Shown: positions 31,413-42,640 of the stretch, in pieces | How the letters are laid out: each line of letters starts with the position of its first letter | Position numbering within the stretch: the first letter of the stretch is position 1 | Source of the DNA: Pseudomonadota bacterium | Lineage (GTDB): Bacteria; Myxococcota_A; Polyangia; GCA-2747355 | Assembly (NCBI GenBank): GCA_016702545.1 | Contig: JADJDT010000029.1 | Coordinates: 10,500-74,499, forward strand | Length of the DNA stretch: 64,000 nucleotides | Direction of reading: 5' to 3' | Made by a program: the position numbers and the translations under genes | The notes under the pieces: generated by a model | The model's database searches: none | Seen by the model: only the letters and a program-made list of their open reading frames with translations | Told to the model about the DNA's origin: nothing

Positions 31413-32710
31413 ATGAAGACGCATGCGCAGCCCGCCCGCGGCCACGCTATCCGCAAGGTGCGCGTCAGGGTGCTGGAGGGCGCTGACGCTGGGGCGACGT
31501 GCGAGGCTCAGTCCCGCAAGGCGCTCGCAATCGGCAGCGCGCCCGACAACGATCTCGTCCTTCGGGATCCCAGCGTCAGCCGTTACCATCTCGAGCTCGG
31601 ACAAGCCCAAGACGGCATTCAGATCGTCGACCTGGGCAGCCGCAACGGCACCCACCTGCGCGAGCTGCGCATCGAGCGCGCGGTCGTTCCCCCTGGCACT
31701 CGCGTGCTTGTCGGTCGAACGCTGCTCGCCCTCGAAGATGGCGCCGCCGCCCGCAGCGATGAGGGCACGGGGCGGCGCCGGTGCCCGGGTTGATCGGCGT
31801 TAGCCCCGCGCTGGTCGAGATCGCGAGGTTGGTGCGCAAGCTCGCTCCGACGAGCGCTTCCGTGTTGATCCAGGGCGAGACGGGCACCGGCAAGGAGGTC
31901 GTCGCGCGTGCGGTCCACGAGCTTGGTGGCAACGCCGAGCGACCTTTCGTGGTGGTCGATTGTGGCTCGCTTCCGCCCACGCTGATCGCCTCGGAGCTGT
32001 TCGGTCACGAGCGCGGGGCCTTCACCGGTGCCGAAAGTCAACGCGCAGGTGCGTTCGAACGCGCCCACGGCGGGACGGTGTTTCTGGATGAGGTAGGCGA
32101 GCTGCCCCTCGATGTGCAGCCCGTGCTGCTGGGAGCGCTCGAGCGGCGGCGATTTCGCCGCCTGGGCGGTCGTCACGAAATCGAGGTTGACGTGCGTGTG
32201 CTCGCGGCGACGAACCGCGACCTGCGCGCCGAGGTCAACGCGGGCACCTTCCGCGCCGATCTGTACTACCGGCTCGCGGTGGCGAGGGTGGTCATCCCAC
32301 CGCTGCGCGAGCGGCCCGAGGATATCGAGCCCTTGGTCGCTCACTTCGTGCAGCAGCTCACCGGCGCCCTGGATGGCGTCGGGTTCGGGTCTGCGGCCCT
32401 CGCGGCGATGAGCGCGCATCGCTGGAGCGGGAACGTTCGCGAGCTGCGGAACGTCGTCGAGGCAGCGCTGGCCGTCGGTACCTTGAAGCTCGAGCACGAC
32501 GAGCTGGGGGCGCCCTTAGCCGCGGCCGAAGCGGCAACCGCGCTCGCGCCCTACCGGGAGGCACGTGCTGAAGCCCTCGCGCGCTTCGAACGCGGCTACC
32601 TTGGCGAGCTGATCAAGCAATGCGGAGGCAACGCGTCGCAGGCCGCGCGCCGAGCGGCGATGGATCGTCCTTATCTGCTGAACCTGCTGCGGCGCCACGG
32701 GCTGCGTTAG
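31413..32710 (+). pseudogene. FHA-domain sigma-54 enhancer-binding protein, frame broken at G-run 31769-31772
   Basis: The FHA part (ORF 31413..31793) reads LAIGSAPDNDLVLRDPSVSRYHLEL...IVDLGSRNGT. The AAA+ part (ORF 31781..32710) reads [44 protein letters not shown] and a C-terminal HTH. GGGG changed to GGGGG gives ...DEGTGAAPVPGLIGVSPAL. Confidence 0.85.
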
Positions 32711-32885
32711 CCCCAAAACAAGCGCGCTTCGGCGCGAGCCGTTTTGGGGCTAGACAGGCCGAAAGGCGAGCGTTATGGGGTGAAGTCGCGGGGATTCGCT
32801 CCCCGCGACGAGGGGGCTTTGCGAAAGCCCCCTGAGTCATATCTGGGCCCAAAACGAGCGCGGGACGCGCTTGTTTTGGGGCTAG
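32708..32885 (+). mobile_element. MITE/REP-like four-hairpin element, copy B
   Basis: It aligns with the reverse complement of 16899-17081. The left TAG (32708-32710) is the stop codon of the FHA activator. The right CTAG (32882-32885) contains the stop codon of the convergent PEGA gene. Terminal inverted repeat TAGCCCCAAAACAAGCGCG. Confidence 0.8.
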
Positions 32886-33565
32886 CGCAGCACCCGCTGA
32901 GGATTCGATCGGGTGTGAAAGCCGTTGATCAGCACCGTCTGATCCACGAGCGGGCGACCGCTCTCCGCGTCCAGGACGACCAGGCGATGCTCGCCGGCCG
33001 GGAGCTCCTGTTCGAAGGGGGCATAACCCGAGGGCCGACCATCGATCAGCACGCGGGCCCCTGCCAGCTTCAGCCCGCCGACACGCAGCCATCCCCGGTC
33101 CGAGGGCTCAGGGACGGCACTGGAACGCGCCACGCGGAGCTCGCGACGTGCGGCGCGGCGACCGCGCGCCGTGTCCTCGCCGCGCTGTCCGCGCTGCCGC
33201 TCGGCTTCTGCCGGTAGCCTGCCGGTCGGTGGTGGTTGCGCCGCGCGGGTGGCCGCTCCGGTGACGACTGGGTTGGTCGCGATCGACGGCCTGGCGACCG
33301 GGAGCTCGGGCGTGGCTGTCCGCGGCACGCCAGCAGCAGGAGGCTTGCTCGGCTGTCTCTCGCGTCCCGGCGTTGCCCCTTCGAAGGTGGGGACGTGTGA
33401 CGTTTCGCGGCTCTCTCCGCGCCAGATCCAGGCCGCGGCCGCGGTGGCCCCGCCGAGCACCAAGGCGGCCAGTAGCGCGGGCCAGTGGCGACGCGTGCGA
33501 GGCGCGGATCGCGCCGTCGCCTCGCCCAGGTCTCGCGCTGGGGTGACCGCCAGACTCGGGATCAC
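32882..33565 (-). CDS. Single-pass membrane protein with C-terminal PEGA domain (possibly the C-terminal part of the upstream kinase)
   Basis: TM WPALLAALVLGGATAAAAWIW, a Pro-rich linker, and PEGA-like GWLRVGGLKLAGARVLIDGRPSGYAPFEQELPAGEHRLVVL. GTGA overlap with the kinase stop. Confidence 0.7.
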   Translation of the reverse strand: MIPSLAVTPARDLGEATARSAPRTRRHWPALLAALVLGGATAAAAWIWRGESRETSHVPTFEGATPGRERQPSKPPAAGVPRTATPELPVARPSIATNPVVTGAATRAAQPPPTGRLPAEAERQRGQRGEDTARGRRAARRELRVARSSAVPEPSDRGWLRVGGLKLAGARVLIDGRPSGYAPFEQELPAGEHRLVVLDAESGRPLVDQTVLINGFHTRSNPQRVLR

Positions 33566-34572
33566 CCGAGGTCCCTCTGCCCGCGTATCGGCCGCCAGCC
33601 TCCCGCCACGGCCGCGTCGGCGGCGCGCGAGACGGTGAACGCGCGCCCGCCGAGCGGGACGAGAGCGAGCGCGAAGGCCTCATCGAACGGACTGCGTCGA
33701 CTCAGCCTCGGTTGCAAGGGTTCGAGCCACTCACGCAGGGCGCCGCGCCCATCACGTCCAAGCGTCGCCGCCACGAGCTCGCCGGCGCGCTCGGCGATGT
33801 CCTCGGCGGCCGGACGCGCCTGCGGATCGTGCTGTGTGCAGGCGTCGATCAGCCCCACGACGGCCGCGGAGGCGCCGCACATGTCGGGCACTGGAACGGG
33901 TCCAGGCGGCCGCGTATCGCTCGCCAGCAGCGCACGCAGGGTCACGCCGAGGGCATAGACATCGGCAGCGACCGTGATGCGGTGGCCGAGCGCCTGCTCC
34001 GGCGCCATGAAGCTGCGTTTCCCCTTGATCACGCCGCTGCGCGTGCGGCGGTCTCGCTCCCCCAACGCGAGCGCGATGCCGAAATCCGAGAGCTTGACGT
34101 CCCCCTGCCAGGAGAGCAGCACGTTGTCGGGCGCCACATCCCGGTGGATGATGCCGGCGGGCCGATCATCGTCCGCGCGGAGCGTGTGCGCGTAATGCAG
34201 GGCGTCTGCGACCTGCGAGATGATGTGCAAGGCGATCCCTTCGGGGAGCGGCGATCCTGCGGCCAGGCCGGCTCGCATGGCTCTGTTGCTGTCGACGCCG
34301 TCCACGTACTCCATCGCGATGAACTCGCACTCGTCCACGACCCCGTAGTCGAGAATCTGGACGATGTTGCCGTGGTGCATGCGGCTCGCGAGCTGCGCCT
34401 CGTCGAAGAACATCCGGCGCATCGCCGGATCGTGCGAGTGCTGCGGCAGCACGCGCTTGATCGCGACGCGCCGTTCGAACCCGCGCGCACCCACCAGGAC
34501 GGCCTCATAGACCTGGGCCATGCCGCCGCTCGCGATCGTGCGTACGAGCCGATAGCGTCCATCAGAGCTCAT
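33562..34572 (-). CDS. Ser/Thr protein kinase
   Basis: GGMAQVYEA, VAIKRV, HRDVAPDNVLL, DFGIA, SFMAPEQ. Confidence 0.9.
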   Translation of the reverse strand: MSSDGRYRLVRTIASGGMAQVYEAVLVGARGFERRVAIKRVLPQHSHDPAMRRMFFDEAQLASRMHHGNIVQILDYGVVDECEFIAMEYVDGVDSNRAMRAGLAAGSPLPEGIALHIISQVADALHYAHTLRADDDRPAGIIHRDVAPDNVLLSWQGDVKLSDFGIALALGERDRRTRSGVIKGKRSFMAPEQALGHRITVAADVYALGVTLRALLASDTRPPGPVPVPDMCGASAAVVGLIDACTQHDPQARPAAEDIAERAGELVAATLGRDGRGALREWLEPLQPRLSRRSPFDEAFALALVPLGGRAFTVSRAADAAVAGGWRPIRGQRDLG

Positions 34573-34661
34573 TCGCGGCGATCTCCGCGCCTCGCGTTCC
34601 GGAGGCCTTCCGCCGCCAGCGTAGGCTCACCGGCGCTGGTGGGGCAACTGCGTCAGACAGC

Positions 34662-35756
<1,095 letters not shown>

Positions 35757-35828
35757 CGGCGCCAGTCTACCGCCGAAGGGCCCGGAGGGCAGGGGCCGCC
35801 GTCGGCGCTGCAGACCGACCAGCGATAG

Positions 35829-35860
35829 CATTGGAACATGTAAGATATAATATCTGTTCT
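35829..35860. promoter_or_regulatory. AT-rich island in the divergent intergenic region; candidate promoter(s)
   Basis: CATTGGAACATGTAAGATATAATATCTGTTCT contains a perfect TATAAT (35846-35851). I found no well-spaced -35 element. It lies between the radical SAM start (35756, minus strand) and the lipoprotein start (35908, plus strand). Confidence 0.3.
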
Positions 35861-35907
35861 TGTGCATGAAGAAGCGCCGCACTACTGTCAATGAGCGAGG
35901 GGCAAGC

Positions 35908-38900
35908 ATGCGTACTCTTAAGTTTGTCAGAGGTGTGTGCGCGCTGGGCGGGCTGCTCGTGGCGGCGATCGTCCCCGGTCTGGGCTGCAGCGGTGGTGGT
36001 GGGGACCAGGCGCCGCCGGTGGTGGGCGTGGCGGCGCGGGCGGCGACCAACGCCGCCAACAGCATGAACGCGATGAACGCGATGAACGCGATGAACGCGA
36101 TGAACGCGATGAACGCGATGAACGCGATGAACGCGATGAACGCGATGAACGCGATGAACGCGATGAACGCGATGAACGCGCTCAATGCGATGAACGCGCT
36201 CAACTCGATGAACGCGCTCAACTCGATGAACGCGCTCAACAGTGTGACGACCGGCACGCCGCTCGACGTCGGCGCGCTGCGCATCCCCTCGACCACGCTG
36301 ACCGACCTTGGCCGCTACACGCTGGCGCAGACCGAGCTGCTCTGCCCCGCGACCCGCCTCCCGCACAGCTTCGACCAGGGCACGCCGGGGGACCCGAGCG
36401 ACGACATCGCCGCGCACCTGACCTTCCCGCGCTGGCTGGTGCTCAAGCAGCAGTTCGAGCGCGTGCGCGTGGCCTGCGCCACGCCGGTGCCCGGCACCTG
36501 CGGCAACGGCGTCGTCGACGGCGGCGAGGACTGCGACACCGGCATCCCCCTGGGCAGTCCGGGCGCCTGCCAGACCGTCACCGTCGCCATCGACGAGGAC
36601 CTCGACGGCAACGGTACGCCCGAGACGAGCGTCACCTACGAGGTCTTCTCCGGCATCGGCCTGGCCTGCGCCGACCGCGCCTATCGCCCCTTCCTGCTGC
36701 ACCCCACCACCGGCCCCGAGGCCACCTCCAGCCCCGAGACCTTCAACACCTTCTTCCGCTACCTCTGCCTCCAAAGCTGGGATGAGGCCCAGGGCAAGGC
36801 CGTCTACCGCTGCGGCAAGGGCCGGCTCGCCGCCGGCGTCTCCGGCTACGCCGTGCGCGAGGGCACGCTCTCGGCGCGCCCGATCTACCTCTCCTCGCTG
36901 ACCTGGGGCGACGGCGCCGGCAACGTCTGGGACCGCCACTGGCAGTTTCGCGAGCACCACATCGGCTCGATCCCCGAGCCCATCGCCGCCGGCCAGCAGA
37001 TCGGCTACGCCCTCGACGCCGCCTGGGGCCTCAACCCGCGTGACACGCACCCGGGTGGCGCGAGCAAGGAGCCCGACTACCTGGCGGCCCTCGCGCTCAA
37101 GACCGCCACCAACCGCACGGGCGTCACCGTCAGCCCCTACAACCGGGCGAATGCCACCGGCGGCCTCGGCTTCGACGCCCGCGAGCTCAACCAGTGCGAG
37201 CCCGGCTACCACAGCGTCCCCGACCTCGCCTCCACCGGAGGCCTCGAGCAGGGGATGCAGCTCAACCTGAGCGTCGCCGGCTGGTACCAGGACGGCTGCA
37301 GCTGGGCCCGCGACTGGAACCTTCCCACCCTGCCCACGCAGCAGGTCGGCAGCTGCCAGGTCTTCGACATTGGGGCCGGCCCCCTGCAGACGCGGATGGG
37401 TCTCAACCTCGGCGATGCCACTCCGCGCCGGTGCCCCAGCTTCGCCACCTGCGAACCGGGCAAGAGCTGCTGCGTCGGGCAGTTTGCGCTGGGTTATCGG
37501 CATAGCTGCGCCATCAAGAACAACGGGACCCTGTGGTGCTGGGGCGACAACCAACAGGGTCAGCTCGGAGATGGCACCTTCGGTGGCGGACGCGGCGTGG
37601 CCGGGCCGGTCGTGGCATCGGAGACGGGTGGTCCGCTGACGAAGGTCTTGGACGTCTCGCCCGGGGGTCTCCACAGCTGCGCGCGACGCTCGGACGGAAG
37701 CGCCTGGTGCTGGGGCTACAACGGCTCAGGACAGGTGGGTGACGGGACGACGCTCGACCGCCCGAGCCCCGTTGCCATCACGGCGCTCGGGACGACGACG
37801 GCGGTCGAGCAGCTGCAGCTTGGCGCGTATCACAGCTGCGCGCGGCGGGCGGACGGGACGCTCTGGTGCTGGGGCGAGAACGAGGACGGTCAGCTCGGTG
37901 ATGGTACGACGCTCGCGCGCTCCAGCCCGGTTGCCGTCACGGCGCTCGGCACGATGGTGAGCGACTTCGCGCTCGGTTGGTACCACACCTGCGCGCGCCT
38001 CGCTGACGGCAGTCTGTCGTGCTGGGGGTGGAATGCGTATGGCCAGCTTGGCGAGGGGACTCAGAACAGCCGCTCGAGCCCCGCGGCCGTGACCGTCCTC
38101 GGCACGACGGTGGCTCGCATCTCCCTCAGCCGGTACCACACCTGCGCCCGGCGCGCGAATGGCACGGTGTGGTGTTGGGGCGACAATACCTACTATCAGC
38201 TTGGCGACGGCACGACGGTCAGGCGTTTGGAGCCGGCGCAGGTGACCGCGCTCGGCACGGCGAGCTCGGAGGTCGTGGCAGGGTCGGGGCACAATTGCGC
38301 CCTGCGCGCCGACAACAGCGTTTACTGTTGGGGAAGCAACGCCTACGGCCAGCTCGGCGATGGGACCTATTCAGCCGAGCGAGCCCCGTCGCCGTCACGG
38401 CGCTCGGCGCGACCGTCGCGGCGATCTCCGTCGGCGCCTGGCACACCTGCGCGCGGCGCAGTCATGGAACGCTGTGGTGCTGGGGGGATAACGGATGGGG
38501 CGCGCTCGGTGACGGATCGGTGGCTCGCACGGCCCCGACGCCAACGCGCGCCTGGAGCCTGCGCTGCGAATGCGGCGACGGGGTGTGCAGCGCCAGCGAG
38601 ACGGCGGAAAGCTGCCAAGCTGATTGCCGGCAGCAAAGCTGCGGCGATGGCAGCTGCGCTGCCACGGAGACTGAGGCGAATTGCCCGGACGACTGCCACC
38701 GCCAGCGCTACGCCGCGCTCGCGCTGGGGCCTACCACAGCTGCGCTCGACGTACCGACGGACGCGTGTGGTGTTGGGGAGAGAACGCCGAGGGTTCGCTC
38801 GGCGACGGCACGACCCTTCCGCGGCTGGGCCCCGTCGAGGTGACCGCGCTCGGCACAACCACAACTCAGATCGGGCTCGGCTTCTCCTTTGGCTGTGCGC

Positions 38901-41900
38901 GGCACGCAGACGGCAGCTTGTGGTGTTGGGGCTACAACGGCTACGGCCAACTGGGAGACGGTAGCTACTCGACTCGCCCGAGCCCGGTGGCCGTGACCGC
39001 GCTCGGCCTGCCGGTGGTCGACTTCGACCTGGGCCGCCGCCACAGCTGTGCGCGCCGAAGCGACGGTAGCGTGTGGTGCTGGGGATCCAACTCCGATGGT
39101 CAGCTCGGCGACAACACGTTGGTGCAGCGCCCGAGTCCCGCCGCCGTCACCGTGCTGGGCACGACGGCTCTCGACGTGGCGCTCGGCTGGTATCACAGCT
39201 GCGCCAGGCGCAGCGATGGGAGTGCGTGGTGCTGGGGATCCAACTCCTATGGCCAGCTCGGCGACAACACGTTGGTGCAGCGCCCGAGCCCGGTCGCCGT
39301 CACGGCGCTCGGCACCACGGTCGCGCGTCTGGCGCTGGGCGGCTACCACAGCTGCGCAAAACGCACCGATGGCAGCCTGTGGTGTTGGGGGGCCAATGGT
39401 AACGGCCAGCTCGGCGACGGCACGACCGTCGCGCGCACCGGTCCTGTCGCGGTGACCGCCCTCGGCACCGCGGTCGAGGATGTGTTGCTCGGGTACTGGC
39501 ACACTTGCGTGCGGCGCACCGACGGCAGTCTGTGGTGTTGGGGGGGAAAGGCCTTCCCCAGTTCCAGCGGCCCGCTCGCGGCGGGGCAACTGGGTGACGG
39601 CACGACGTTGGCGCGCTCGAGTCCCGTGGCGATCACTGCGGTGGGAACCGCGGTGGCTGAGGTGGCCCTGGGCTACTGGCACACCTGCGTGCGCAACACC
39701 GAGGGGGCCCTGTCGTGCTGGGGTTACAACACCAACGGCCAACTCGGCGCCGCGACCGGCCTCTCGGCGTGGGCACCCGTGGCACTTGCCGTTTGCGGTG
39801 ACGGGGTTTGCGCGTTCGATGAGCAGCGAAACGGCGCCTGTCCGCGCGATTGCGCCACGAAGTGCGGCGACTGCGTCTGCGACGGGGTGCTGGAGGATGC
39901 GACGACGTGCTCGGCGGACTGCATGCCAGGCGGCGCGTGCACGCCCTCGGCCTGCGGCAATGCGCGCTGTGAGGCCGATGAGACCTGCGCATTGTGCCCG
40001 GGTGACTGCGGCACCTGCTACACCACCTGCGGCAAGCACGGCTGTGAGCCGGGGGAGACGTGTACCAGCTGCCCGGGTGACTGCGGGGCCTGCGCGGCGC
40101 CGGTCTGCGGCAACGCGAGCTGCGATGCGGGCGAGAGCTGCGGCTCGTGTCCGGGTGATTGCGGGGCGTGCGGTGGCACGGCCTGGGGGCAGCCGGCGGG
40201 GGCGATCAGCGCGAGTCTGCAAGCCGTGAGCTTCCCCGTGAACACCAGCGTGGGCTTTGCGGCGGGCACCAACGGGACGCTGCTCAAGAGCACGGACAGC
40301 GGCGCGAGCTGGACGGCGCTGAGCGCGACACGGCGCGACGCTAGGGACGCTGGCCTTCCTCGACACCCAGACGGGCCTGGTCGCGGGCGATGGCGGCGTG
40401 CTGCTCAAGACGACCGATGGCGGCCTGAGCTGGACGGCGCTGACCTCGGGCACCACGGCCGCGCTGCGGGCGCTGGCGCTGCTCGATGCGCTGACGGCCT
40501 TCGCCGCGGGCGACGGCGGCGTGCTGCTCAAGACCACCAACGGTGGCACGAGCTGGACGGCGCTGACCTCCGGCACGGCGGCGGCGCTGCGGGCGCTGCG
40601 CTTCGTCGATGCGCAGACGGGCTTCGCCGCCGGCGACGGCGGCACCATCCTCAAGACCAGCAACGGCGGCACGAGCTGGGCGGCGCTCAGCTCGGGCACG
40701 GCGGCCACGCTGCGGGCGCTGGCCTTCGTCGATGCGCAGACGGGCTACGCCGCCGGCGACAACGGCACGATCCTCAAGACGACCAACGGCGGCACGAGCT
40801 GGAGCACGCAGACCACCGGCGTGCATGGGGCCCTGCACTCGCTGGCCTTCCCGCTCGGTGGCCTGCACGGCACGGCGGTGGGCGAGGGCGGCCTGGTGCT
40901 GCGTACGACCAACGGCGGCACCTCGTGGACGCAGGAGAGCTCGGGCACCTCGGAGACGCTGCTCGGGGTGACGCTGCCGGCGGACTGGACGATGGGCGTG
41001 GCGGTCGGCGCCAGCGGCACCGTGGTGCGGCGCATCCCGCCCTGGGAGCCCTCGATCCTCTACGACACCGAGGTCGCCAGCCTGGCGCCGCCGACGATCA
41101 TCCCCAGCGCGGTGATGAGCCAGCGCGTGGCCTTCACCGGCAACAACAGCGGCTGGCTCTATGCCCTCAGCCCCACGGCGCGCGTGCCGCGCTACAGCCC
41201 GGCGCGCCTCGCCGACGCCGTGCAAGGCCGCAGCCCCGTCGGCCCGCTGCCGGGCGAGAGCTTCCAGACCCTCTACGCCGCCACGGCCTCGGGCCTGGGT
41301 TACGCGCTCAACGCCTCCACCGGCGCCCTGCGCTGGACGACCGACGGCAACAGCGGCCTGGCGGGCAACCAGCCCCTCGGCACCGCGCTGGTCGCGGCCC
41401 CCGTGGTCTCCCCCACGCGCAACCTGGCCTTCTTCGCCACGCGCAACCTCACGGGTGCGCAGAACCGCCTCTTCGCCTTCGACGCCAAGACCGGCGCCTG
41501 TCGCTGGGTGCTCAATGGCTCCTGCGCCGGCGCGACCGACACGCTCAACCTGGGCCAGATCAGCGGCAGCCCGATTCACGACGCCACGGCGCGAAAGCTC
41601 TTCCTCACCAGCACCAGCCTCAGCGGCGGCGCCACCGTCTGGGCGGTGGACGCGGGCGACGCCACGCCCGGCACCGTGAGCTGGAGCCGCAACCTCGGCG
41701 ACAGCGATGCCTCGCCGACCTTGGCCGAGACCACGCGGACGAGCCTCTACGTCGGCACCAACAGCGGCCGCCTGCACCGCGTCCGCACGGCCGACGGCGT
41801 CAGCTGCTGGAGCACGACGGGCAGCGGCTGCACCAGCTTTGGCGGCAGCGAACAGGCCTTCTGCACCGCCACCGACGCGCTGGGTACCGCCTGCGCCGCC

Positions 41901-42266
41901 GGCAGCGCCATCGCCTCCGGCGTCGTCGTGCTCTGGAGCGGGACGCACACCGGCCGCCTGCTCTTCGCCACGGCAGACGGCCACCTGCGCCTGCTCAACG
42001 CCGACGGCACCCTGGTCTGGAAGACCACCACCCCGATCCCCGGTGCCAGCCTGCCCCTCGCCATCCCCGAGCGCGACAGCCTCTTCGTCGGCGCCACCGA
42101 CGGCAAGCTGCGCGAACTCAGCCTCACCACCGGCGCCGTCCTCAGCACCCAGACCGTCGGCCCCGGCACGGCGGCCGTCGGCAGCCCGACCTACGACACG
42201 CGAGCGGCGATGCTCTATGTCGGGACCTCGACCGGCGTCCTCTACCGCTACAACCTGTCGCCCTAG
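35908..42266 (+). pseudogene. ~2100-aa multi-propeller lipoprotein (MNA repeat, unknown ~430-aa domain, 2 x RCC1-like propellers, Cys-rich CGxGxC modules, BNR/Ycf48-like propeller, PQQ-like propeller) with three frame breaks
   Basis: Start ATG 35908 (GAGG 7 nt upstream) gives MRTLKFVRGVCALGGLLVAAIVPGLGCSG. RCC1 blades read YHSCA.R.DG..WCWG.N..GQLGDGT. Continuity across ORFs 35860..38964, 38019..38843, 38681..43825 and 40398..42266 is restored by one extra base at C-run 38384-38387, one extra base at G-run 38726-38729, and a +1 change at ~40325-40340. T.DGG.SW blades run from 40270 to 40960. The protein ends ...VLYRYNLSP, with stop at 42264-42266. Confidence 0.8.
36064..36243 (+). repeat. In-frame 9-bp tandem repeat (13 perfect ATGAACGCG units plus 7 degenerate units) encoding (Met-Asn-Ala)n
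   Basis: Counted directly. The perfect units span 36064-36180. They are followed by alternating CTCAAYKCG/ATGAACGCG units to 36243. The array lies ~40 codons after the lipobox Cys. Confidence 0.95.
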
Positions 42267-42268
42267 AG

Positions 42269-42417
42269 CATCGATCGGGTTGCCGGACCGAGCGAGGCGA
42301 AGGCATTGGAGGCACAGGCGCGAAGCGAGGAGGGCGCCTGCTGGTGGCAGGCAACCGACGAGCGACAATGCCTGTGCCTCCAAGGGCAAGCCTCGCGACG
42401 GGAGTCAACCCGATCGA
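42269..42417. repeat. ~150-nt imperfect palindrome (four-helix long hairpin) just 3' of the giant lipoprotein gene
   Basis: Hand-paired helices are 42270-42281/42405-42416 (12 bp), 42291-42297/42389-42395 (7 bp), 42305-42318/42369-42382 (14 bp) and 42335-42340/42346-42351 (6 bp, loop TGGTG). The internal loops are near-symmetric. Confidence 0.7.
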
Positions 42418-42640
42418 GGCTCGAAAACCTGCTGCGCGGCCCGGGGCGTGGCGTCGCCTCAATAACCATAGAACGCGAATGCACGCCAGCATACTGGCGC
42501 AATGGCCATGCTTCACACCACTAGCAGTGGAGCGCGGCAGATCACGAGCCGTAACGTTGACGCAGGCCTCGACACAGGGCTTGCTCAGTTGGCGATCCAC
42601 TGCGACGAACAGTCCCCCCTGCCACGAGACGGGCAGTTCG

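Noticed and set aside
36064-36243. Possible CRISPR-like or non-coding satellite array
   Set aside because: The units are 9 bp with no spacers. They are in frame within a high-confidence lipoprotein gene. No cas genes are present in the window.
35757-36296. N-terminal 180-aa extension of the radical SAM ORF containing (FIA)n
   Set aside because: The extension is the opposite strand of the 9-bp repeat and of the AT-rich intergenic region. The family-typical N-terminus begins at ATG 35756.
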